DNA from: an uncultured virus (IMG/VR IMGVR_UViG_3300020048_000035)
Lineage: Duplodnaviria; Heunggongvirae; Uroviricota; Caudoviricetes
Reading direction: 5' to 3' (one strand)
IMG/VR virus record: IMGVR_UViG_3300020048_000035
Length of the DNA stretch: 20,000 nucleotides
The notes under the pieces: generated by a model
Databases searched by the model: none
Seen by the model: only the letters and a program-made list of their open reading frames with translations
Told to the model about the DNA's origin: nothing
Shown: positions 1-8,963 of the stretch, piece after piece
How the letters are laid out: each line of letters begins with the position of its first letter
Position numbering within the stretch: position 1 is the stretch's first letter
Made by a program: the position numbers and the translations under genes

Positions 1-986
1 CTGATCCATTATAAGGACGGCTAGTTGCCTTGGCGTTTCCACCAGTTGGCACTAATTTAGATTTCAAATAATCTAAAATATCTTTATCTGATTCACTGTA
101 CATACTTGTTTCCTCAAGATCATTATGATCTAACCCTGGATCTCCACGACCTTTACGAATAAATGCCGGAACTTCTGAACGGCGTGGGCCGCCTTGCGCT
201 GGTTGTCGTTGTACATCACGACTATTTTTTCTAATTGCTGCTTCTCTTTTCCTAAGATTCATAGTTTGTTGAGTAAGTTCAGCTGGGGTTGCGCCTTCTT
301 CCATGCCACCCATGCCACATTCTTCCATGCCCATGTTTTCTTTAACTTTTTTCTTACCCTTACCTTGAATATTTAAAGCAAAGTTAGCACGTTTCTTTTC
401 TAGAGGCGTACCAGATTTCTTAAGACTGTTTAATTTTTTATCGCCAATTTTCTCGTCTTTTGGAATACCTTCTTGCTTGTGCAACGCACCTTTTTTAACT
501 GTCTTGGCAGCTTTACTCAATGACTTCCCAGCTTCTTCCAATGTGCTTTCTGGCAATTTACCTTTTGGTCCATTAATGCCATACATGTCTTTGGCTCTTT
601 TGCCATCTACACTTTTACCCTTAACCATATCTTTATATTCATTAGGACTCTTTGCCGGTGTATTATCACCACCGCGATTTGCTAATTTGTCCTTAGAAGG
701 ATTACCTTGACCGCCTTTTTTAGGTTTATCAATCCCGATCAGCGTATTGGCTGTCACAAACTNNNNNNNNNNTATCAAAATTAAAATATTCTTCTAAAGT
801 ATTACCGCCAGCTAATCCAGCCGAACCATCTTCCATAAGACTACGCAGGTCTGTACGAAGTGCTTGCTCTAGTGTCTGTTTAGCCGGTGACTTAGGAGCA
901 CGACTTTCTACTAGAGCTTTTTGCTCTTGAGTTGGCTCGTTACGAATACCGTCTAGTGTTTTATTAAGTTTGTAAAATGGGTTCAT
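1..986 (-). CDS. Lys/Gly/Glu-rich hypothetical protein, putative capsid-internal/prohead core protein (3' partial, interrupted by N gap 763-772)
   Basis: Starts MNPFYKLNK at 986 with AAGGA SD. After the gap a stop-free minus frame (DKPKKGGQG...SRPYNGS) runs to the window edge, so the protein is >310 aa. Many L/V/M-x-E motifs. Confidence 0.75.
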
Positions 987-991
987 TGCTA

Positions 992-1603
992 TTATCCTTT
1001 AGTTTTTGCGCCAGTGGCTGGCTTTGCTGGACGCTTTTCTGCGTGTGTCATAGGGCTAATGTTCCCCGTTTTTAAATCATTTGTTGTTTCTGCTGGTTTA
1101 GTTGTTCCACCGGCAATAGTAAAGTTTGAACGATAAGAATTTTTTAGTACAGCATGATCATATGGATCGGCTGAATAATCTGCTTTCAATGCTTTTTGCT
1201 CTGCATCATCGGCTGGATAATTAGTATCGGCAATTAATGACTCTGGTTGATCTTCAAGTTTTTGTTGATATTCAGTAATATCATCATCATATACAGATGT
1301 CTGCATAATAATTTTGTTTTCATTAAACCCCAATAATCTGGCGATTTGTTTAATCTGTGGTTCAATCGCAGGATAACGTAACATTACATCAAAACTAGTA
1401 ACTTTTTCATTTTCAAATGCTGGAAAATCAGCTGGTTTAGCTTGAATCGGTGTAGTTTTTATTGAGCCAATCTTTAATGGATCAAACTGTGATAATTTCC
1501 CTTTTAGGGAATTATAAAATTCTGAAGGTAAATCACCCACCATCTTAATACGATAATTGTAGGTTCTTTCGCTCTCAGCCAAGTAGTCTTTAAAATTTTT
1601 CAT
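992..1603 (-). CDS. Hypothetical virion/head-associated protein with capsid-targeting-like N-terminus
   Basis: 203 aa ORF with AGGA SD (1611-1614) and upstream late box. N-terminus MKNFKDYLAE resembles the T4 internal-protein leader MKTYQEFIAE. Confidence 0.7.
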   Translation of the reverse strand: MKNFKDYLAESERTYNYRIKMVGDLPSEFYNSLKGKLSQFDPLKIGSIKTTPIQAKPADFPAFENEKVTSFDVMLRYPAIEPQIKQIARLLGFNENKIIMQTSVYDDDITEYQQKLEDQPESLIADTNYPADDAEQKALKADYSADPYDHAVLKNSYRSNFTIAGGTTKPAETTNDLKTGNISPMTHAEKRPAKPATGAKTKG

Positions 1604-1620
1604 GATTAATTCCTGTATTA

Positions 1621-1627
1621 TATTTAT
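1621..1627 (-). promoter_or_regulatory. T4-like late promoter box ATAAATA (leadered)
   Basis: Intergenic, 17 nt upstream of ATG 1603, followed by SD. Confidence 0.7.
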
Positions 1628-1628
1628 G

Positions 1629-2129
1629 TTATTTGTCTTTTTGTGAACTAGCGTCTAATAAACGTTGTAACAAATCATTTCGTGACAACACTTGCCCTTG
1701 TGCGGTTGGAATGTTACCCAGTTCACCAGATCGCTTGGCAGCATCTTGATCCAGTTTTAATTTCCTAAGCTGTAGGTCAATCATCTTTAATTTTTTGTTT
1801 AATTTAGTAGTTTTTGCTGTTAGAGCATGCCCCAACATGGTACTGGCAACGGCAAATAACTCTGCTGAATATCTACTATCTACATTAAATGCAAGATCAC
1901 TTAAATCTTGATAACTTTGTTTAGCCAGATTAGATAATTCATCTAGCTCTTTATCTGAAGCGGCTAAATCTCTTATAGCAGGCAACGCATCATCTATTTT
2001 ATCTATGGTTTCATCAATAGTTACAATAGCATCACGAGTTTCTTCAACTGTCATGTTTTCAACTACAGGTGGATCTTGCGCATCGTCAAGTTGGTCAAAT
2101 CCAAACACTTCGGTTAATCTTTTTGTCAT
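1629..2129 (-). CDS. Probable terminase small subunit (T4 gp16-like)
   Basis: 166 aa, helical. Core (DLSDLAFNVDSRYSAELFAVASTML...KLKMIDLQ) and C-terminal SRNDLLQRL are reminiscent of gp16 in size and layout; adjacent to gp4. Distant similarity only. Confidence 0.5.
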   Translation of the reverse strand: MTKRLTEVFGFDQLDDAQDPPVVENMTVEETRDAIVTIDETIDKIDDALPAIRDLAASDKELDELSNLAKQSYQDLSDLAFNVDSRYSAELFAVASTMLGHALTAKTTKLNKKLKMIDLQLRKLKLDQDAAKRSGELGNIPTAQGQVLSRNDLLQRLLDASSQKDK

Positions 2130-2134
2130 ACTGT

Positions 2135-2140
2135 TATTTA
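2135..2140 (-). promoter_or_regulatory. Late promoter box TAAATA, leaderless, inside a 7-bp hairpin
   Basis: TAAATA-ACAGT-ATG; inverted repeat ATACTGT/ACAGTAT at 2128-2146. Confidence 0.7.
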
Positions 2141-2161
2141 CAGTATTTTGAAAGATATTAA

Positions 2162-2596
2162 TTACTTTTTACGACCTTGTTGAAATATATCTGACTCAGT
2201 AATTACTCGAAAATTTAATCCATTTTGTCTTGCCCAACGTTGTGCCGCAGCCCATTTAGCATAATTTACTGCTATGGTGGCACGCTGACTATCTTTCATA
2301 TTTGCTTCAAGTATACTTTGGTTTCGTGGCTTTATTTCGATTAACTCAGCTTTGGTAGTGTTTCTTGGACCTCGATATACTACAATAAAATCAGGAACAT
2401 ACATGGTCATTTTGCCAGTTAATGGGTTTTTGTAAGGAATCCTTACAGGTTCACTTGCCCAATTTATTATGTTTTCATTATTGTCACAAAAATGCATAAA
2501 AGTCATTTCCCAACCACTGCGATATCTAGGTTTACCTTGACCTACATACTTGTGTGGATTGTTTACTTCGTATATACCTTGGCGAAAATTAGGCAT
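2162..2596 (-). CDS. gp4: Head completion nuclease (T4 gp4 / TnsA-like PD-(D/E)XK)
   Basis: YRSGWE..FM.FCD, WASEP..IPY, YVPDF, LIEIKP, N.AKW.AA, FRVITE motifs. Confidence 0.9.
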   Translation of the reverse strand: MPNFRQGIYEVNNPHKYVGQGKPRYRSGWEMTFMHFCDNNENIINWASEPVRIPYKNPLTGKMTMYVPDFIVVYRGPRNTTKAELIEIKPRNQSILEANMKDSQRATIAVNYAKWAAAQRWARQNGLNFRVITESDIFQQGRKK

Positions 2597-2598
2597 AA

Positions 2599-2958
2599 TT
2601 ATTGCTTAATGTTATGTGCTATATAATAATTAGGAGTTACGGTAGCTTGTATTCCAAGCATAGTAGAGGGACTTTGGTATGTATTTAAATAAAACGCAAA
2701 ATTTAATGTAATCTGCGGTTGACTCATACCTTGAATATTTTGTAATAAATCCATAACTGGTATACCAGACAGATCTGCTATACGGAACATTGTTGTTGTA
2801 AAATTATCAGCTTGTGTTTTTGTGCCAAACACCGATAACAAATAACTATTGACAGCATCATACTCCTGTGAGCCTACTGATTTTTGATATGAATAAAATC
2901 TATCAAAAATTTGTACTGTTAAATCTATGCTGGGGTTAATTGCGTTAATGTTTGACAT
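2599..2958 (-). CDS. Hypothetical protein (119 aa) in the tail operon
   Basis: Start reassigned to ATG 2958 (MSNINAINP), 1 nt after the upstream stop, which removes the overlap. Confidence 0.7.
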   Translation of the reverse strand: MSNINAINPSIDLTVQIFDRFYSYQKSVGSQEYDAVNSYLLSVFGTKTQADNFTTTMFRIADLSGIPVMDLLQNIQGMSQPQITLNFAFYLNTYQSPSTMLGIQATVTPNYYIAHNIKQ

Positions 2959-2959
2959 A

Positions 2960-4321
2960 TTAAATATCACCGTTAATAGTGTTACGTATTGCTTTAGCCA
3001 CAGAATCTCCGGCAACTACAGCTTTTCCTATATCTATTAATCCACCCAACGCACCCGCTAACACTTGTGCCTGAGCAATACTTGGTATTACTGATAATTT
3101 ACCCAGAGTTCCGGCTGTTAATGCTCCGGTGATGCCATTGTTTACAGCTGTACTACCAGGAGTCTGTGCCGTTGGTGTTGACGCAGCTCTTGGGAATGAC
3201 ATTCCTGTACTAGAATTTACAGCGGCTCTGGTTGAGTTTGGTGTGCTTTGTAATGCTGATTGCGTGGCTGAAGCTTGTAATGCTGGACTTACTGATTGCA
3301 CAGCAGATTGGCCAGTCAATGAATTGGGAATTGGTTGTTGTACACCGCCAATAACATTTTGTAATCCATTTCTTCCTGTGCTAAGTGCTTGTAAATCTTG
3401 CGTTGTACCCTGTACAGCCGGTTGTATTCCAGTTTGCCCAAATACAGAATTAGTTGCGCCTGGTCTAGTAATACTTGATGGCTGCGTATCATAATATGCT
3501 GGTTCTGCAAATCCCTTTACAGAGGTAGATGGCTGTTGTCCACCAATAGCACCTGAATAATATTTTACAGTCTCATACTCAACGGTGACATCATCTTTCA
3601 TGGTACCATCACCACTAGCATAGTCAAACATATCACCATTCCATGATGAAATAATGGGATTTATTAATACCCATGCCGCATATTTTTTCTGACTCAACGC
3701 ATATATTGTAATGTCTTTGAAAAACGCAGGTTTGCCATTGGAGTTTGTTGCCGCATTGGCACCATCTGTATAGCTTTCCCCAACAAATCCCCAGTCAGCA
3801 CTTTGATATACTTGACTATATATGTCGGATGTATTATAATTAAATCCGTTACTTTTTCCTTCGGTTAGACCAACTGATCCACTTTGATTTGGTATATTAT
3901 CGTATTTTTGTGTGGCATCTTTATAGTAATATGTAAAGTAATTATACCACAAATTGCGTATTAAATCTGATTGGTCATCGTGAACGGTAAATCGGCATGG
4001 GTCATAATTAACTTTGCTTTGAACAACACGTTTCCTGTTGTACTGATTCATTACCGTGGTATTAATTTTATATTTTGGCAAATCAATACTTTTGACCATT
4101 AAGCCCAGTGTTTCAACTGTGCCACTGCCATATAAATTTCTTAATTGAGGAATTTGCCCTGTGTTTATATTAAAATAAACATGATACAAAAATTTTAACC
4201 GAGGGCTAAGTTGAAACCCGTTGGTTAAAAAAGTTTTTGACGCATGTGTATAATCTTTTAATATAGAACCTACAGCATCTTGCTGTAGGATTCCACTTTG
4301 ACCTTGATAGCCTACGCCCAT
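2960..4321 (-). CDS. Tail-tube-fold baseplate protein (gp54/gp48-like tube initiator) with low-complexity C-terminus
   Basis: PRLKFLYHVYF, VKSIDLPKY, NQYNRKR, YDP..TVHDD, LINPIISSW and VTVEYE parallel the tube fold; directly downstream of the tube gene. Confidence 0.65.
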   Translation of the reverse strand: MGVGYQGQSGILQQDAVGSILKDYTHASKTFLTNGFQLSPRLKFLYHVYFNINTGQIPQLRNLYGSGTVETLGLMVKSIDLPKYKINTTVMNQYNRKRVVQSKVNYDPCRFTVHDDQSDLIRNLWYNYFTYYYKDATQKYDNIPNQSGSVGLTEGKSNGFNYNTSDIYSQVYQSADWGFVGESYTDGANAATNSNGKPAFFKDITIYALSQKKYAAWVLINPIISSWNGDMFDYASGDGTMKDDVTVEYETVKYYSGAIGGQQPSTSVKGFAEPAYYDTQPSSITRPGATNSVFGQTGIQPAVQGTTQDLQALSTGRNGLQNVIGGVQQPIPNSLTGQSAVQSVSPALQASATQSALQSTPNSTRAAVNSSTGMSFPRAASTPTAQTPGSTAVNNGITGALTAGTLGKLSVIPSIAQAQVLAGALGGLIDIGKAVVAGDSVAKAIRNTINGDI

Positions 4322-4325
4322 TTAA

Positions 4326-5033
4326 TTAACGTATCTGCCCAGTTTGTAAGGTGCCAATTAATGAACTAATTGCCCCTGACGCACTAACAGGTGATGGGCT
4401 AGTAGACAAGTCGCCTCTAGCATGAGTAGCGGCAAATACAGAACTATTGCCAACAGATCCACCAATAGCTTGATATGCATTATCAAATGCGATTGTCAAG
4501 CCGACCTTAAGAGCCTCAGAAGTAGCATAATCTAATCCCTGACTGTTATAGTTTACTTCTTTTAAATAACATCCAAGTATTACCCATCTTTCCAATATTC
4601 TGTTGTTAGTTCGTAGTATTCCGCCATTACCACCATCTGTTATATCCAATTGAATTGAAAATTTATAGTTGTTGGCAGCAGAAGCTGAACTTTGTTCTTG
4701 GAAATCTAATTGTGTCTGTAATTGATTACCAACACGAGTAGATATAGTACCAAGCGCATCATCACGAATTTCGCATGTAATATCTGCCCATTCATGTTTT
4801 CCGGCAATCTTAACTGTACTGTTATAAACAGGCAAGTCAATTTGTTTGAAAGTAACTTTTGGACGATCAAATTTTATAAGTTGTCTGGTTAATTCAAGAT
4901 TGTCGCCTACCGTAGCGCCTGATCCAAAATTTAAAAAGTAAGCTGCGTAACGATACGCTAGTTTTGGCATTAATAGTGCGTTGTTGGTTCTGTTTGCCAA
5001 AACAGACATGTTACTTAATGATGATATAGCCAT
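4326..5033 (-). CDS. gp19: Tail tube protein (gp19-like)
   Basis: LLMPKL.YR, RPKVTF, AGKHEW..IT, RDD, LERW...GCY and LDY..SE, FDNA motifs; follows the sheath; GGAG SD. Confidence 0.85.
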   Translation of the reverse strand: MAISSLSNMSVLANRTNNALLMPKLAYRYAAYFLNFGSGATVGDNLELTRQLIKFDRPKVTFKQIDLPVYNSTVKIAGKHEWADITCEIRDDALGTISTRVGNQLQTQLDFQEQSSASAANNYKFSIQLDITDGGNGGILRTNNRILERWVILGCYLKEVNYNSQGLDYATSEALKVGLTIAFDNAYQAIGGSVGNSSVFAATHARGDLSTSPSPVSASGAISSLIGTLQTGQIR

Positions 5034-5055
5034 TTTAATAATCTCCGATATACTT

Positions 5056-5063
5056 TATTTATA
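5056..5063 (-). promoter_or_regulatory. Canonical T4 late promoter TATAAATA
   Basis: Exact 8-mer 22 nt upstream of the tube ATG; GGAG SD at 5043-5046. Confidence 0.8.
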
Positions 5064-5067
5064 TAAA

Positions 5068-5095
5068 TTAATTGGGTAGTTTCCTACCCAATTAA
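5068..5095 (-). terminator. Stem-loop after the sheath gene (terminator or processing site)
   Basis: TTAATTGGGTAG-GAAA-CTACCCAATTAA: perfect 12-bp stem with GNRA loop, directly after the sheath stop; only a short T run follows. Confidence 0.75.
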
Positions 5096-5096
5096 C

Positions 5097-8000
5097 TTAA
5101 GATGTTGCTGCAATCTGTCCAGTAGCACTAATACGTACAGGAATGTATACAAATTCCACTGCTTTAACTGGTTCAATGGCAATATCAACCCATAATTGAT
5201 TTTGATCAATAGTAGTTGGTGTATTGTTTGTATCATCACATACAACTAGATAGTCATAAACTCCACGCTTAGCCACTAAATCAATTAATAAACTTGTAAT
5301 TGTGTTACTAATTTGATCACGAGTTTGCTGATCATTTGGTTCAAACAAATATTGTTTACCAATTGTCGCAAGTCTAGCTCTCATGTAACAAATTAAACGA
5401 GCCACATTGATACGATCTAATGCTGTAGGAGTTCCTTGTAATGTTTTATTACCAAAGTTAGTAATTCCAGCACCCGGAACAAATGTAATTGGGTTAACAT
5501 TATTTTGATACAGTGTATCTCGTAAAGCCTGTCCTACGCTTAATGGTACAAAAGTTCCTGTCATAGATTCTAGGTAACCCAATTGAATTGCGTTATCTAC
5601 TAATCCACGGCGTACACCGGCAGGTGCTAGCCAAGGATACGCAACTTCATCGTTACGAATAATCGTGCGTGTCATCATATGGCTTGGGTATGTTACAACC
5701 GCATTGCCGTTAACATCAAATGCTAAACAACTTGGATAAAATGCTGCGGCATAACTATCTCCGATGGCTAAATTACCGTCACCTGCAGGTAATCCTAGTC
5801 CATTATTATTAGTTGCCCAAGCAGTAGTATCAGCAGGTGATAAACGTAATGGAGTATCAATAATGCTAAATGCCACATTGTTGATTTCATTATTTAATGC
5901 TCTCATGTTAACAGCCAATTCTGGATAACCAGGAACCGCTATTAAGTTATAAACATTTTGTTCTTCACGAATTGCCAAGTTGGTATCAATTGATTCTTTT
6001 AATGCGCTAACAATTATTTTACGCTGAGCTTGACGACCCATGTATGGCGAACCATCTGGACGATCACCACTGGCATTTAACCATGTGTTAGTTACTGTTT
6101 GAAGTGACCAAAAGTCTGGGCTAACATCAGGTGTGTCATCAGTTGTAGCATCGATACACGCATATACAAGACCGGCATATTGTACGTATTCACCAACAGT
6201 ATATGTTGTTGTGCTGTCCCATTCGTATGTAGGGAAACTATTATTGTTAAAATAATTTGACTGATATGTTTTAACATTAAACCCTGAACGACGAGTATTC
6301 CACAATAGTATACCTGATGGATATAACTGAGCAGATGGCGCATCTGGATCCAAATAGTTACTTGTTAGCAAGCTTTCTATTGTTGGTAATGCGTCACTCA
6401 CTGGATCTGTTGTACCATTTGGTGCCCAACGTGCGTCGGCAAATAAAATACCAGAGGATTGTGTAGTGTCTGAATTATCAAGTTGTACCCATTGATCAAC
6501 TCCACCAACACTTTCCCAACGGTATAATAATGGATAATCTTCTAGGTCACTTGTGTTAACCCATAAATCACCATATACCAATGGACTTAATGCTGTATTT
6601 GTCTGTGTGGTTGGAGCAGTTGTGCTGATAATAGGACCAGCAGCATTACATAATGTTAGATTATATCCACGAGCATCAGATGATACTGTTTGATAACCTA
6701 CCCATACTCCATTTTGCTGAATCATAATATCATTTTTATAAATTTNNNNNNNNNNGCTTGTGTAGGATCACTGTAGTACCAGTATGTACCATCGTCAGGA
6801 TTTTGGTCTGGGGCAACATCTGACGCAGTATAAGTAAATGTTGGACTACCAACCCAGTAACTCAATGTGATACCAGAAGCAGATCCATTAACATAGTTTT
6901 GCTTACATAAGAAAGTACTTGATGTAAATCCTGCTGTTGTTACTGGTGTACCTGTAACGTTAGTAAGTGTAATGTCACCACCCGCACTATGTGTGAACAC
7001 AATAGCACCTGTGCTACTAATTGATGCGCTAACATAAGGAACAGCCGCTGAACTCACATCAGCCACAAACGCACTAGCAGTAGTTCCAGTTAATGTAACT
7101 GTAGCTGTAGTAAGGTTTGCTGTACCTGGTTGTGTTGCAGCAATAGTAAAACTATTACCTGATGTAAATGCCTGACTTGTTGTTGTTCCAGTAACAACAG
7201 CTGATCCCACAGCATATCGTTCATAAACTGTAAATCCAGCAGTATTTGAGTTATATGGAGTAGATTTTGAATATAACGATCCAGCAGGAATATTTTTGCC
7301 TCCACCAGATGGATCTAAGCCATAAGTTGCGGTGGCATCATTAGAATAAACCGGAGCATTTTTAATTACAAATACATTCAATGCAGAATTAAATTCTTTC
7401 ATTACAATATTAGTACCAAGATTAATATTGTTAGTTTTTTGCCATACAGAACCGGTTACTCCAGAAGCAGATGATCCACCTTGGCTCCATGTTGGAACTT
7501 GATAGCTAGGTGACGCTTGATATACAGGCGCATAATAAGTTCCTGCTGTTATTCCCAATGTAGAAAGAGGAGTGCCTGAGCCATTTGCTATAACTACCGC
7601 GCCATTTGTGGCTGCATTATCAGCATATATATTAAGTGCTCCACCAATATTGGCAGCATAAACACCAGTTATTGCAGCTGTAGTAATAGCTTCAACTATT
7701 CCAGTAACTGTATTATTTGGGCTTGCAGGAACAGTAATTGTTTCACCATTAATTACTAATGTTGTAGCAGCAGTTATTGAAGTTGGTGTATTTCCACCTT
7801 GAATTGTTGCCCAAGATGTTTGCCAGTCAGCAGTTCCTACCAATACCCATGTATTATACAAAGTAGTAATTCTAGTGTCATCTGACTGAGTAGTAGTTGG
7901 TCCACCACGTTTAAAATAAATTGGATTTGTAGTATATGTTGCCGTTACCGAGTAGTTACCAATGCTGCCATAGCTTTGTAATGGCACAGCCGAACTTGGA

Positions 8001-8518
8001 TTTAAATATACAGAATCAGTAATTACTAAAGGTAATTGATTACTAAATGTCGAAGTAGATTTATTCCACTGATAAATTCCCCATGTAGTATTAACTGTAT
8101 CTAGCCAGTAAGTTCCATTGTTTACATCACCAACTGGTCGCACTAAACTAGCGGTAAGAGCGGCTAAATCAATATCGGCACGAAGAACATAACACTGGTT
8201 GGTTGCGCCCAACGCAGAAAAAGCAGCAAGAAGACCATATTCATTAAGCTCATATCCATTGATAGGAGTACCATTTGTTGTTTCATAAAAGAATGGTGTA
8301 CCATAGTAAACAGATAAAGCACGTTGACTTGTTGCTAAGAACAATTGGTTAGCTGTTGCGGCAGTAGTTCCAGCAGCAATACCCACGCCATCTGATGAAA
8401 GTTTATTAGAAGCTGTGGCAATAACCATCAGAGGTACTGAGCTAGTAGGTGCTGGAAGATATGTGCTTTGGTCAGTTATTCTGACTTGTACACCTGGGGA
8501 AAGTAATGTGCTAGACAT
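5097..8518 (-). CDS. gp18: Tail sheath protein (gp18-like), ~1132 aa, one gene split by N gap 6746-6755
   Basis: N-terminal LLSPGVQV.ITD; C-terminal PWLAPAG.RRG, RDTLY...VNPI, FGNKT, LDRINVARL, FEPND, CD.TNNT, IEPVKAVEFVYI. Removing 6733-6755 gives in-frame ...DPTQADIMIQ. Confidence 0.93.
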
Positions 8519-8545
8519 AATTTAAATCCTTATAATGATATACAA

Positions 8546-8551
8546 TATTTA
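8546..8551 (-). promoter_or_regulatory. Late promoter box TAAATA for the sheath (leadered)
   Basis: 27 nt upstream of ATG 8518; AAGGA SD at 8527-8531; flanked by ATATAC/GTATAT inverted repeat. Confidence 0.7.
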
Positions 8552-8604
8552 GTATATTATTGAAAAAGAACCTATAATGCGTCCCTACTAGTAGGTTTTA
8601 ATAA

Positions 8605-8610
8605 TAAATA
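8605..8610 (+). promoter_or_regulatory. Late promoter box TAAATA, leaderless, for the HNH-like gene
   Basis: TAAATA-ATTGT-ATG, no SD. Confidence 0.65.
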
Positions 8611-8615
8611 ATTGT

Positions 8616-8963
8616 ATGCGTCCTATGTGTTTATCCTGCAATCAACGTCCCAGAGCTATAGCTTATCATAGACCCAATGGTAAAATACAATATCGCAGTA
8701 AATGCGAACATTGTTTAAGACGAAAGAGAAAATTAAAATTACAAATACCCCGTTGGGCTACCGCTGGGTATAAGAAAAAAACTGTATGTGATCGTTGTGG
8801 ATTTAGATCAAGGTGGGCGGCACAGTTAGTAGTATTTCACATAGATGGAAATCTAAATAATAATACTGTGCACAACCTTAAAACAATTTGTCAGAATTGT
8901 GTTATAGATGTTAATAAGGCTGATTTACCGTGGAAGATTGGGGATCTTGAGTCAGACGTTTAA
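8616..8963 (+). CDS. Zn-ribbon HNH-like protein (probably degenerate nuclease)
   Basis: Four CxxC pairs; FHIDGNLNNN...NLKTICQNC HNH core. Confidence 0.8.
   Translation: MRPMCLSCNQRPRAIAYHRPNGKIQYRSKCEHCLRRKRKLKLQIPRWATAGYKKKTVCDRCGFRSRWAAQLVVFHIDGNLNNNTVHNLKTICQNCVIDVNKADLPWKIGDLESDV

Noticed and set aside
294..335. Short CCATGCC/TTCTTCCATGCC repeats
   Set aside because: They encode MGMEECGMGGMEEG low-complexity protein sequence.
194..710. Plus-strand ORFs 194..376 and 477..710
   Set aside because: Antisense shadows of the minus-strand gene.
729..986. 85-aa ORF ending at TGA, or TGA recoding
   Set aside because: The stop comes from the gap-induced frame change. Other genes end normally at TAA/TGA and no ORF needs readthrough, so there is no evidence of an alternative code.
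2162..2596. TnsA transposase / Tn7 element
   Set aside because: The same fold is T4 gp4; the context is morphogenetic, with no TnsB/C or transposon ends.
2682..2687. TAAATA copies inside coding regions
   Set aside because: Expected by chance in AT-rich DNA; only intergenic, correctly oriented copies were called.
6722..6755. Naturally split sheath or programmed frameshift
   Set aside because: The break coincides with a 10-N scaffold gap and the flanks rejoin in frame.
8560..8578. Sigma70 promoter TTGAAA...TATAAT on the plus strand
   Set aside because: The spacer is only 7 nt.
8960..8963. Convergent stops sharing TTAA
   Set aside because: Ordinary compaction in phage genomes.
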